In this document: positions 52,607-62,437 of the stretch, in pieces | Position numbering within the stretch: position 1 is the stretch's first letter | Layout of the letters: each line of letters opens with the position of its first letter | Assembly: GCA_963805855.1 (NCBI GenBank) | Contig: CAWDVW010000007.1 | Location: forward strand, 512,001 to 576,000 | Origin: Candidatus Dadabacteria bacterium | GTDB lineage: Bacteria > Desulfobacterota_D > UBA1144 > Nemesobacterales > CSP1-2 | Direction: 5' to 3' | Length of the DNA stretch: 64,000 nucleotides | Program-made: the position numbers and the translations under genes | Notes under the pieces: model-generated | Told to the model about the DNA's origin: nothing | Seen by the model: only the letters and a program-made list of their open reading frames with translations | The model's database searches: none

Positions 52607-53356
52607 ATGCCTCAACAGATAAAATATCTTCTCGCCCTTTCTATTGTCTTAATTCTCATTTTCCTAATTGCCCGCCATTTTCTTATGCCCGCAAGTTTTG
52701 GGCAATACGGTCATTATCGTGCCGATTCATTACAATCTGCAGTATCCAGGGAAATTAAATATGGCGGGGAAACTGCATGCAACGAATGCCATGATGATAT
52801 ATACATTTTAAAAGACAAATCATACCATCGGGGGGTTGCCTGCGAAGTATGCCATGGGCCTGCCTATGCCCATACCCAGGACCCGTATGAGTACAAACCC
52901 CCTGCACCAAGAAAACGCGCCTATTGTCCGTTGTGTCATGGATATAATCCCACAAGACCCACAGGATTCCCACAGATTGACCCTGTAAGACATAATCCCG
53001 GTAAGCCCTGCATTTTCTGCCATAATCCCCATGACCCGGTTCCTCCTGTTACGCCCCAGGAATGCGACCCATGCCACACGCAAATCGCCCGGACTAAAAT
53101 TGTCTCACCCCACGCACCCCTACCCTGTACTCGATGCCACGAAGCGAAGGAAGAGCATAAATTAAATCCAAGGATGGCTTTGCCGGATAAACCGAGGAAT
53201 AGAGAATTCTGTGGACAGTGCCACGCACAGGAGGCAGAAAGTTCCCCTGAAATTCCGCGTGTGGACATCAAAACTCATGGCAACGGTTTTTTGTGCTGGG
53301 AGTGTCACTATCCCCATTATCCTGAAGCCGGCATAAAGGAGGATGAGAAGCAATGA
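52607..53356 (+). CDS. Membrane-anchored octaheme cytochrome c (CbcS-like position)
   Basis: N-terminal TM; 8 CxxCH: CNECH, CEVCH, CPLCH, CIFCH, CDPCH, CTRCH, CGQCH, CWECH. Confidence 0.9.
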   Translation: MPQQIKYLLALSIVLILIFLIARHFLMPASFGQYGHYRADSLQSAVSREIKYGGETACNECHDDIYILKDKSYHRGVACEVCHGPAYAHTQDPYEYKPPAPRKRAYCPLCHGYNPTRPTGFPQIDPVRHNPGKPCIFCHNPHDPVPPVTPQECDPCHTQIARTKIVSPHAPLPCTRCHEAKEEHKLNPRMALPDKPRNREFCGQCHAQEAESSPEIPRVDIKTHGNGFLCWECHYPHYPEAGIKEDEKQ

Positions 53357-54165
53357 ATACTAAAGAGCTTCTTGATAACGTAACAAATAGGAGGAACTTT
53401 CTTAAAAGCCTCCTCATAATTCCCTCCGGGTTTTTTCTTGGCGGTCTTTTTTCTAAAATATTCCCCTTCTTCAAAAAGGCATCTCGTGAAAACACTTCCA
53501 CATTGGAAAGTATTTATGGGAAATACAATCCGAAGGAGCACTACTATGCGATGGGTATTGACATCGACAAGTGCATAGGGTGTGGACGATGTGTAGAGGC
53601 GTGCAAGATCGAAAATAATGTTCCTCAGGAACCCTATTTCTTCAGAACCTGGGTGGAAAGATATACTATTACAGTCGATGGAGAAACGAGTGTGGATAGT
53701 CCTGAAGGTGGAATGCATGGCTTCCCCGAGCCCGTTAGTGAGAAAGAAATCCTTCGCACCTTTTTCGTTCCAAAGTTATGTAATCAATGTGACAATCCAC
53801 CCTGTGTGCAGGTCTGTCCTGTTGGAGCCACATACCAGACAATAGATGGAGTTGTCCTTGTTGATAAAGACTACTGTATAGGATGTCGTTACTGCATTCA
53901 GGCCTGTCCTTATGGAGCGAGATATCTCAATCCTGAGACTAAGACGGCGGACAAATGCACATTTTGTTATCACAGAATCGTAAAGGGATTGCAGCCTGCT
54001 TGCGTAGAGGTATGTCCCACTGGAGCAAGAACTTTTGGAGAAGTAAAACCACGCAACAATCCCCTTGCGCGATTTGTCCGATTCAACAATATTGGTGTCT
54101 TAAAGCCCTATCTTAACACAGAACCCAAGGTCTACTATGCTAATCTAGACAAGGAGGTTACCTAG
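53353..54165 (+). CDS. Tat-exported 4x[4Fe-4S] ferredoxin subunit (NrfC/DmsB family, CbcT-like)
   Basis: NRRNFLK Tat motif; CIGCGRCVEAC, CNQCDNPPCVQVCP, CIGCRYCIQACP, CTFC...CVEVCP. Confidence 0.92.
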   Translation: MNTKELLDNVTNRRNFLKSLLIIPSGFFLGGLFSKIFPFFKKASRENTSTLESIYGKYNPKEHYYAMGIDIDKCIGCGRCVEACKIENNVPQEPYFFRTWVERYTITVDGETSVDSPEGGMHGFPEPVSEKEILRTFFVPKLCNQCDNPPCVQVCPVGATYQTIDGVVLVDKDYCIGCRYCIQACPYGARYLNPETKTADKCTFCYHRIVKGLQPACVEVCPTGARTFGEVKPRNNPLARFVRFNNIGVLKPYLNTEPKVYYANLDKEVT

Positions 54166-55368
54166 TTGGATCCCTTACTTGAGAGACTTGCCATTTCCCT
54201 TAAAGAAGTTACAGGCTTCATCTATCCCAATGAGATTGAGCTCCATTGGAGCATCCTAATTGTTGTTTATCCCTATCTTACGGGTCTTGTAGCAGGGGCT
54301 TTTATTCTGGCTTCACTGGAAAGGGTTTTTAATGTTAAAGAGGTAGAGCCTACTTACCGGCTTTCTCTTCTCACTGCGCTTGCTTTCCTTATTGTCGCGC
54401 CTCTTCCTCTTGTGGCTCATCTAGGACATCCCGAACGGGCCTATGAAATTTTCCTCACACCCAATTTCAAGTCTGCTATGGCTATGTTTGGCTTTGTATA
54501 TGGCTGGTATCTATTAGTTGTTCTTCTCGTGGAATTGTGGTTTGAGTACAGGAAGGATATCGTTGTCTGGTCTAACAAAGAAAGAGGGTTGAAAAGGTTT
54601 ATTTATCTCATCTTAACCCTTGGGGCTTCAGACCTTTCAGAAAGATCTCTTCAGTTTGACAGAAAGGCTGCAAAATTTATAACCATCATAGGCATTCCAT
54701 CCGCTTTCCTCCTTCATGGTTATGTGGGTTTTATCTTCGGCTCTGTGAAGGCGAACCCCTGGTGGAGCAGTGTGCTTATGCCAGTAGTTTTTTTGTTTTC
54801 CGCTATAGTATCGGGGATCGCGCTTGTGATGTTACTCTACATGGTTATTACTCTCTTTCGACGAAAAAGTGTGGATATGGCCTGTATGGATAAGCTCGCT
54901 TCCTTTTTGCTCTATGCAATGATACTGGACTTCTCACTGGAAAACCTTGACTTCATTCACCGCATTTACGAATCAGAAGAATCCATAAAAATACTGTACC
55001 AGCTTTTAATCAGCAAGCTATTCATCAGTATGGTTGTGATTCAGATGCTGTTAGGAACTATAATTCCAATGGTCTTATTGGCATGGACAAAGTTGACGCG
55101 CCTTCCTGATGAGTTAAGGCGTCTTATCTACTTTGGGAGCGCAATTCTTACCCTGATAGGAATTTTTAGTATAAGATGGAATGTGGTTATCGGGGGGCAA
55201 TTATTTTCCAAGAGCTTAAGAGGGCTTACAACGTACAAAATGGAATTGCTCGGAATTGAAGGACTCTTGGTGGCGTTATTCTTTCTAACGCTCCCATTTA
55301 TTATTCTGTACATCCTCGTTGCTCTGTTGCCGCCATGGAAGGAAGCAGAGGTTAAAATTGAAACGTAG
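54166..55368 (+). CDS. NrfD/PsrC-family quinol-interacting membrane subunit (CbcU-like)
   Basis: WSILIVVYPYLTGLVAG, HLGHPER, LHGYVGF, RWNVVIGGQ; TTG start with AAGGAGG RBS. Confidence 0.9.
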   Translation: MDPLLERLAISLKEVTGFIYPNEIELHWSILIVVYPYLTGLVAGAFILASLERVFNVKEVEPTYRLSLLTALAFLIVAPLPLVAHLGHPERAYEIFLTPNFKSAMAMFGFVYGWYLLVVLLVELWFEYRKDIVVWSNKERGLKRFIYLILTLGASDLSERSLQFDRKAAKFITIIGIPSAFLLHGYVGFIFGSVKANPWWSSVLMPVVFLFSAIVSGIALVMLLYMVITLFRRKSVDMACMDKLASFLLYAMILDFSLENLDFIHRIYESEESIKILYQLLISKLFISMVVIQMLLGTIIPMVLLAWTKLTRLPDELRRLIYFGSAILTLIGIFSIRWNVVIGGQLFSKSLRGLTTYKMELLGIEGLLVALFFLTLPFIILYILVALLPPWKEAEVKIET

Positions 55369-55575
55369 AAGTTTTTCAGTTAGGGGCTATAGGAAGCTAA
55401 AGATATATCTGAAAAGTGTGACTTAAAAATCCGTTTGATTTCGTAACGAAATGAAAGGATTCAGGTGAAAAAACATGTATAAATTTCCCGCACGTCTTGG
55501 TTTGATGGTCAAAGATACCGGTTGCACCAAGCTATTAGCTGTATGTTAAAGAAAAGGCAACATGTGATACAAGTT

Positions 55576-57582
55576 ATGCGATCAAATGAGCGATTGTTTC
55601 TCTTAACTCTTTTCTTTTTAATTTTTTGTCCCTTCACAGTTACTTCCGGTTCTGATGAGCTTAAAAGTGAAGACTGCCTTATATGTCACGAGACGATGGA
55701 GCCCTTGGTTGATAAAGGACTCTTAGATGCCTCAATCCATAGTGGTTTCGAGTGCACAGATTGTCATCAGGACGTAACACAGATACCCCACGAAGAAGTC
55801 CCGAAGAAGGTTGATTGCTCTTCATGTCACCCAGAGATTGCGAAAGAATACTCTGAAAGTATACATGGTGAAGCAATAGCGAGGGGTGATCGCGATGCCC
55901 CAATTTGTACGAGTTGTCACGGCTCACACGGCATTCTTCCAAAGAATAACCCTAAATCTCATATAAACCCCTTGAATATTCCTGCGACATGTTCAAATTG
56001 CCATACAAGTGAAAAGATTACAAAGCAGCACCCACTCCCGTCACCGGAATTTATTGAGAGTTACAGTAAAAGTGTTCACGGCCGTGGCGTCCTTGTCAGT
56101 GGGCTAGTTGTCTCCGCGGTTTGTTCCGACTGCCATGGTGCGCATAATATAAAGCCCAAAAGTGACAAAAACTCCGGTGTCTATAGGGCAAATATACCGC
56201 TAACCTGTAAGAAGTGCCATCTTGGAATCTATGATGACTATGAGAGGAGCATCCATGGACAGCTCTGGAAAGAAGGTTTCGAAGCGGGACCAGTGTGTAC
56301 GACATGCCACAAATCCCATCAGATCACAGAGCCTGTGTCAGCTGGATTCAGGCTTCAGATATCTGAGGAGTGTAGTGGATGCCATGAGGCCAGAGCACTT
56401 ACCTATCGGGACACATTCCACGGGCAGTCAACGTCTCTAGGGTTTGTTCAGGTCGCAAAATGCTCAGATTGCCATACCCCTCACCTAAATCTTCCAGAAG
56501 AAAACCCACTTTCATCAGTCTATTCCGGAAATCTCATCGACACTTGCGGCAAATGTCACTCCAATATAAATAAGAAATTTATCACCTATGACCCACATGC
56601 CGATCCTCACGATAAGGATAGATCTCCTCTGCTTTATTACGTAAATACCCTCATGAATTGGCTTCTCATTTCAGTTTTTGGCTTTTTTGGCTTACATCTG
56701 GTTCTTTGGCTTCAGCGCTCAGCCGTAGCAGTAGCAAGGGGCGAGATTCCCACCCACTGGAGCGGCGACAAGTATGTTCGCCGGTTTAGCCTTCCCCACA
56801 GGATTACGCACGTTACTCTTGTCATAAGCTTCCTAGGACTTGCTGCTACGGGACTTCCACTCATGTATAATTACACGGCGTGGGGAAAAATTCTCGAAGG
56901 AATTCTAGGCGGCGTTGAGGTTACAAGGTACTTCCATAGATTCTTTGCAATAGTGACATTGGGTTACATTAGTTTTCATCTCGGTTATATGCTAGACAAG
57001 ATATTTTTAAAGGGCAACATAAGCCTTCTCTATGGTCCTAATTCTATGATTCCTAGGAGTGAAGACATTGTGGATCTCTACAAGAACATAAGGTGGTTCT
57101 TATACTTAGGTCCCCGTCCGAAACTGGACAGATGGACATATTGGGAGAAGTTCGATTATTTTGCGGTTTTCTGGGGAATACCGGTGATAGGCTTCTCCGG
57201 ACTTATGCTCTGGTTTCCCGAGGTCTTTACAAAGATTCTTCCTGGCTACTTTCTAAATGTGGCAATGATAGTCCACGGAGAGGAAGCCCTTCTTGCAGTT
57301 GGATTCATATTCACATTCCATTTCTTCCACACCCATCTCCGACCTGAGAGTTTTCCGTTAGACACTGTCATTTTTACCGGCAAAATACCTCTGGAAAGAT
57401 TTATCGAGGAAAGACCCGAAGAATACAATAGGCTACTCAAAGAGGGAAGGCTTGAAGAAATCATTGTTGAACCGCCATCACAACTTGCTATCATGTTCTC
57501 TAAGTGGTTTGGTTTTGCTGCACTAGGCGTAGGATTGATCTTGATCATCGCGATCTTTGCGACCTTCCTTGCTAATATTTAG
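55576..57582 (+). CDS. CbcL-like fused multiheme cytochrome c / FdnI-HydC-type cytochrome b
   Basis: Signal peptide from ATG 55576 (track start 55522), 11 CxxCH, then a TM domain with RRFSLPHRITH, FHRF, WTYWEKFDYFAVFWG, HGEEALLA, HFFHTH. Confidence 0.88.
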   Translation: MRSNERLFLLTLFFLIFCPFTVTSGSDELKSEDCLICHETMEPLVDKGLLDASIHSGFECTDCHQDVTQIPHEEVPKKVDCSSCHPEIAKEYSESIHGEAIARGDRDAPICTSCHGSHGILPKNNPKSHINPLNIPATCSNCHTSEKITKQHPLPSPEFIESYSKSVHGRGVLVSGLVVSAVCSDCHGAHNIKPKSDKNSGVYRANIPLTCKKCHLGIYDDYERSIHGQLWKEGFEAGPVCTTCHKSHQITEPVSAGFRLQISEECSGCHEARALTYRDTFHGQSTSLGFVQVAKCSDCHTPHLNLPEENPLSSVYSGNLIDTCGKCHSNINKKFITYDPHADPHDKDRSPLLYYVNTLMNWLLISVFGFFGLHLVLWLQRSAVAVARGEIPTHWSGDKYVRRFSLPHRITHVTLVISFLGLAATGLPLMYNYTAWGKILEGILGGVEVTRYFHRFFAIVTLGYISFHLGYMLDKIFLKGNISLLYGPNSMIPRSEDIVDLYKNIRWFLYLGPRPKLDRWTYWEKFDYFAVFWGIPVIGFSGLMLWFPEVFTKILPGYFLNVAMIVHGEEALLAVGFIFTFHFFHTHLRPESFPLDTVIFTGKIPLERFIEERPEEYNRLLKEGRLEEIIVEPPSQLAIMFSKWFGFAALGVGLILIIAIFATFLANI

Positions 57583-57730
57583 AGCCTCTTCGAGAGACGG
57601 AGTTATACTAAATGTTGATAATTAATTTAGAAAACAAAGCACAGTCTTCGATATAAACATAAACTTGAAACGCGGGTATATTTTTGGTGAGACTACTGAT
57701 GAATCTTAGATCCACAAGGGAGAAGTTCAC

Positions 57731-59239
57731 ATGAGATTACCTAGGCTTGTCCACAATTGGTTAAGCTATGCCGGTGCGGCTATAGCGGCTCTGTCGCTAA
57801 TTCTTTTTATCTTCCTATTTGCCCTTCACTCAATCGTTGATACCTCAGGAGTGCCGTACGCCGGGCTGATCATCTTCGTACTTGTTCCGATGATTTTTGT
57901 TTTCGGTATGATACTCATCCCGATCGGCATGTTGCTGGAGTGGCGCCTCTGGAGAACCAAGCGTATAAGATCATTACCGCGGTTTCCTATAATCGACTTA
58001 AACAACCCAAACCAACGGAATGCGACATTCATCTTTTTAGTGGGCTCAATCCTGCTCATACTTCTTGTTACTGTTAGTGGTTACAAAGCCTATCATGTGA
58101 CTGATTCGGTCGCCTTCTGCGGCACGCTTTGCCACAGCGTGATGCAACCCGAGTACACCGCTTATCAGAATTCGCCCCATGCAAGGGTCCGCTGCGTCGA
58201 CTGCCATGTGGGACCAGGGGCGGACTGGTTTGTCAAATCCAAAATGTCAGGACTATACCAGGTTTACGCGGTTCTCCTTAACAAATACCCGAGGCCTATT
58301 CCGGTCCCAATCGAGAGCTTACGCCCTGCCCAGGAAACATGTGAGCAGTGTCACTGGCCCGAGCAATTTTTTGGGGCCCAACAAAAAAGGCTGATCCATT
58401 TTTTGCCTGACGAGAATAATACTCGTTGGGATATTAATCTGCTTATCAAAATCGGTGGGGGCAGCCCTGAGACCGGGCTGACCGAAGGAATCCACTGGCA
58501 CATGAACATTGCCAATCGGGTTGAATATATCGCCACGGATGAGATCCGACAGGAGATTCCCTGGGTAAGAATGACGAATTTGGAAACTGGAGAGGCTATC
58601 GAGTACATGTCAACCGAAAATCCACTTTCAGAGGAAGAAATCGGCAATGCACATATACGGAAGATGGACTGCATGGATTGCCACAACCGACCCACGCACA
58701 TTTTCCGTTCCCCTAGCTACTCGATGAATCTCGCTTTAGGCACCGGCAAGATAGATCCTACGTTGCCCTTCATTAAACAAACCGGCGTCAAACTGCTGTC
58801 TGGAAATTATGACTCCACGGAATTGGCGCTTGGGGAAATTGAGAGTGGGGTCAAAAAATTCTACCGGGACGGAAATTCTGACTTGACAAATCACAAAGAA
58901 GATTTGATTTCCGGTGCAATAGTGGGGATCCAGGACATTTATCAGAACAACTTTTTCCCTGATATAATGAAGGTGCGGTGGGACGTCTACCCGAATAACG
59001 TCGGTCACCTGAATTCCCCTGGGTGCTTTCGCTGTCACGATGGACTTCACAAGACTGCAGACGGAAAGATGATCACGACTAAGTGTACTGCCTGCCATAC
59101 TATCATATCACAGGGAACACCAGAGAATATGGAGTATTCAATGGAACCAGACGGGCTTGCTTTTCGGCATCCCGAGGATATCGGAGAGATGTGGAAGGAG
59201 ATAAAGTGTAGCGACTGCCACACCGGCCAACTGCCATGA
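57731..59239 (+). CDS. ImcH-like NapC/NirT-family heptaheme inner-membrane cytochrome c
   Basis: 3 N-terminal TMs; CGTLCHSVM (CX3CH) plus 6 CxxCH (CVDCH, CEQCH, CMDCH, CFRCH, CTACH, CSDCH); YQNSPHARV, LRPAQETC, GIHWHM. Confidence 0.87.
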   Translation: MRLPRLVHNWLSYAGAAIAALSLILFIFLFALHSIVDTSGVPYAGLIIFVLVPMIFVFGMILIPIGMLLEWRLWRTKRIRSLPRFPIIDLNNPNQRNATFIFLVGSILLILLVTVSGYKAYHVTDSVAFCGTLCHSVMQPEYTAYQNSPHARVRCVDCHVGPGADWFVKSKMSGLYQVYAVLLNKYPRPIPVPIESLRPAQETCEQCHWPEQFFGAQQKRLIHFLPDENNTRWDINLLIKIGGGSPETGLTEGIHWHMNIANRVEYIATDEIRQEIPWVRMTNLETGEAIEYMSTENPLSEEEIGNAHIRKMDCMDCHNRPTHIFRSPSYSMNLALGTGKIDPTLPFIKQTGVKLLSGNYDSTELALGEIESGVKKFYRDGNSDLTNHKEDLISGAIVGIQDIYQNNFFPDIMKVRWDVYPNNVGHLNSPGCFRCHDGLHKTADGKMITTKCTACHTIISQGTPENMEYSMEPDGLAFRHPEDIGEMWKEIKCSDCHTGQLP

Positions 59240-59309
59240 ATCGACTCAGTCAATCGAATTAGGGTCTCGACAAAAACAACGGACTGAGGTTGTAAGGGCT
59301 TGATCACTC

Positions 59310-59969
59310 TTAGGGTGTTATCTCTATTAATCCCTTTCGAATGGCAAATTTTATGAGGTCGGTTCGGGTGTGAATATTAAGCTTTTCCATTATGTGTGTT
59401 CGATGGCCCATCACAGTTTTAACACTCATGTAAAGCATATCAGCGATCTCATTGTTCTTATAGCCCTCTGCAACAAGCTTTAGCACCTGTTTTTCTCTAT
59501 TAGTGAGGCTTTCGTAAGGGTCTTCTTCAATATCTTTATCCTTTCCTTGCAGGTACCCCTCTATCACAACAGGAGCGACCTCGGGATGCAAAAACGTACT
59601 GCCTCTCATCGCTGCTTGAATCGCGGATATAAGCTCTGTACTCGTTGCTTTTTTAAGGACATAGCCAGAAGCACCTGCTTTTAAGAACCTGTATATATAT
59701 TCTTTATTATCATACTGGGTAAGGACAATGATTTTTGTCTTAGGGCAGGCATTTCGTATCTCCAGAGTGGCTTCGAGCCCACCTAGGCCAGGCATAGCGA
59801 TATCCATTAGCACCACATCCGGCTTGACCTTTCGGGCTTTTTCTATAGCTTCCCTACCATCTGTGGCATCGCCCACGACGTCAATGTCTCCGCAACCCTC
59901 TAGAAGCGCCCTTATGCCTTCACGTATAAGGGCATGGTCGTCGGCGATAAGCACCTTTATATTACTGAT
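59310..59969 (-). CDS. NarL/LuxR-family response regulator; likely start is ATC at 59969 (track start is GTG at 59954)
   Basis: IKVLIADDH, VLMDIAMP, GASGYVLK, LTNREKQVL...SVKTV..HR HTH. Confidence 0.92.
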   Translation of the reverse strand: MSNIKVLIADDHALIREGIRALLEGCGDIDVVGDATDGREAIEKARKVKPDVVLMDIAMPGLGGLEATLEIRNACPKTKIIVLTQYDNKEYIYRFLKAGASGYVLKKATSTELISAIQAAMRGSTFLHPEVAPVVIEGYLQGKDKDIEEDPYESLTNREKQVLKLVAEGYKNNEIADMLYMSVKTVMGHRTHIMEKLNIHTRTDLIKFAIRKGLIEITP

Positions 59970-59970
59970 T

Positions 59971-61827
59971 TTAGCTAACCTCCCTTAATGGAACCGTAAC
60001 TACAACCCTTGTCCCAGATCCGGGTTGTGACTGTACTTCAAGCTTTCCATCCAGAAGTAAGACCCGTTCCTTCATTCCGAGAAGCCCAAGCCCCCGGCTA
60101 CCCGACTCTGTACTTGATATACTCCCCAAATCAAATCCAATGCCATCGTCTTCAATCTCTAAACTAATGAAACTATCTTCAATCTCCAGATTAATAATAA
60201 CATTTTCCGCTTGAGAGTGCTTGGCTATATTCGTTATAGCCTCTTGAGCAACCCTAAATAGCACGGTTTCGATCTGGGTCTGAAATCTTTTTTCAAACAG
60301 ATCTCCTTCGTAGCGGAAATTAATGCCCAAGGGCTTGAGGCGTTCTTCTGCATACCACTTTATAGCAGCAGGAAGCCCGAGGTCATCAAGGATAGCAGGA
60401 CGGAGGTCAAAAATCATGCGGTGTGTGCTATCTATAGCACGAAGTGCGAGTTTCCTTGCATTATCTATTTTCACCTCAAGCAACTTAGGTGCGCTCGCCT
60501 CTCTTATTGCTTCGAGGGAAATGAGCATTGCAGCAAGAGTTTGGCTCATTTCATCGTGTAACTCCCTTGCAATTCTCTTCCGTTCTTCTTCCTGGGCTGA
60601 GATTATCCTACGGAGGAGTTCTCCTCGCTTCTCCTCCTTCTTCCTGAGTTCCTCATACAGAGAAAGGGTTTCTTTTGTTCTCTTATCCACCCTCCTCTCA
60701 AGTTCTCCTGTCCAGGCAGCGATTTCGTCCCGGGAATCCTTGAGCTTAATCCTCATTTCATCCAGGGTTTTGCCAAGTTGCCCGATTTCATCGTCTCCGG
60801 ATATAGAAATAGGCTCAAAGAGATTGCCAGAAGCAATTCTCCGGGCAGACATTGTTAAAGATTTAACCGGTGCAATAACGCTCTGAGCTACCCCTAGGGT
60901 TAGAATTAGAGTGACTACAAACAATACGGCGCCAAACGTAAAAAAGCGCCTTTTCATACTCTCCACAGGAGCAAGGGCTTCCCTCTCAGACTGTCTGATA
61001 TCGATTCCCCAAGGGATCTCGGAGAGAGGAGCAAAAGCCATGATCTCTTTTTTTGGCTCATCCTTTACGGCCTTCTCGTGGCAGTTGTGGCATGTTCCTA
61101 CGCTGGGCTGGCCCGTCTTGATAAGTCCTGAAAGAGTTCCGCCATGGTCACTCTCCGTTAGGATGTTTTCCGGTTTCGTAGAGGCTAAAACAAACCCGTT
61201 TCCGTCTACTATTTCGATATACCCTGTCTCCCCAATCTTTACTGGACGGATAACCCTAGCCAATGCAGGTCCGGTAGGGTCAATTTCCCCTCCTACGACA
61301 CCCAATGTTCTTCCATTCTTAACCATAGGGATCAGAGCGAATACCGCCTTTTTTGCTTGAGGCCTTATCTCGAATAAATTAGAAACGATAGGCTTCCCCG
61401 TGAGAATAGACTCTCTAACAGGGGGAAAACCCCCGAAATTTGATTCGGCAAGGGCTGGACGAGGAGGTTCTATCCACAAGAGATGCCCTCTACCGTCAAG
61501 CAAAAACACGTTGGCGAAAATTGACCGCAATAATGCATTGTGAAGAGCGGCTTTCTCCGCTGCCAGGTCTTCGTCTGCCAGATTGACGCCCTTGGAGAAA
61601 GCAACTTCTTGAAGATACATAAGATTCTGCCTGATTAAATCCTCGAGATTGCTCGCAACTGTTTGGGCAAGCACGAGCCGCTCTCGAAGCATTTGGTTGA
61701 CACTGTCGCGCATACTCAAAAAATCCGAGACACCAAGTATTGCTAGTATGGTCAGCACACCAGAGGCGCTGAGTAAGATTATTCTTCTTCGCAGGCTGGG
61801 TCTTTCAAAAAAGGATCTTAAGCCCAT
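59971..61827 (-). CDS. HisKA_3 sensor histidine kinase with a Cache-like periplasmic domain containing CxxCH, plus HAMP
   Basis: Two TMs with CHNCH between them, HAMP (DEIGQLG), ERKRIARELHD, QEAITNIAKHS, DDGIGF, GLGLLGMKER. Confidence 0.92.
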   Translation of the reverse strand: MGLRSFFERPSLRRRIILLSASGVLTILAILGVSDFLSMRDSVNQMLRERLVLAQTVASNLEDLIRQNLMYLQEVAFSKGVNLADEDLAAEKAALHNALLRSIFANVFLLDGRGHLLWIEPPRPALAESNFGGFPPVRESILTGKPIVSNLFEIRPQAKKAVFALIPMVKNGRTLGVVGGEIDPTGPALARVIRPVKIGETGYIEIVDGNGFVLASTKPENILTESDHGGTLSGLIKTGQPSVGTCHNCHEKAVKDEPKKEIMAFAPLSEIPWGIDIRQSEREALAPVESMKRRFFTFGAVLFVVTLILTLGVAQSVIAPVKSLTMSARRIASGNLFEPISISGDDEIGQLGKTLDEMRIKLKDSRDEIAAWTGELERRVDKRTKETLSLYEELRKKEEKRGELLRRIISAQEEERKRIARELHDEMSQTLAAMLISLEAIREASAPKLLEVKIDNARKLALRAIDSTHRMIFDLRPAILDDLGLPAAIKWYAEERLKPLGINFRYEGDLFEKRFQTQIETVLFRVAQEAITNIAKHSQAENVIINLEIEDSFISLEIEDDGIGFDLGSISSTESGSRGLGLLGMKERVLLLDGKLEVQSQPGSGTRVVVTVPLREVS

Positions 61828-61828
61828 C

Positions 61829-62389
61829 TCAATCGTGAATGCTCCTTGCTATTTTAAGTAAATCCTCAACCGACCCGTTAGATCTTAAGACTATCTTTCT
61901 ATCCCCTTGTCTCCAGCTTAGCTGTGTCCACCGGCTTCCTTTCTCCACTACACCGAGTTCTAGCGTCCCTTTCGCTCCACCGACCGAGACTTGAATCTCT
62001 TCGGAATCTCTATTGGGTTCCATTAAATCGACTCCCAACCCTTTGCTTTCATCTGTGTTTGAAATAATTTCGTAAATTACCAAGCTAGGCCTACCATCTC
62101 CTTGTGAAATGAATACCAGTGTTATAATGAGGGAGGGCTTTCTTACCACCCTGATTTCTTCAGGCGGCCAGATGAGATAATCTGGGAAGTATGAGGGAAG
62201 AAATATTTTTAATCCAAGTGAAAATTCAGCTTCTTCTACGCTACTGTAAAATTTGTGTTCGCTTTCCTTTATATATGCGGGGACTTTTTTCAAAATGTAT
62301 AGTGATATCAATACCACACACATCAAGATAGTGATAGATAACACTATTTTCGACATTTCTCTTAAAAAGTAAGTAGCTTTTCCAGTCAT
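61829..62389 (-). CDS. Hypothetical single-TM protein with a periplasmic domain
   Basis: N-terminal TM; YSSVEEAE...LPSYFP and LSW...L.IARS resemble DUF4367-like anti-sigma periplasmic folds; stop lies 1 nt before the kinase start. Confidence 0.7.
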   Translation of the reverse strand: MTGKATYFLREMSKIVLSITILMCVVLISLYILKKVPAYIKESEHKFYSSVEEAEFSLGLKIFLPSYFPDYLIWPPEEIRVVRKPSLIITLVFISQGDGRPSLVIYEIISNTDESKGLGVDLMEPNRDSEEIQVSVGGAKGTLELGVVEKGSRWTQLSWRQGDRKIVLRSNGSVEDLLKIARSIHD

Positions 62390-62437
62390 AACTTTAGGCC
62401 GTTTGCCTTAATTCAAATTGTGAGAGCATCTTAGCGC

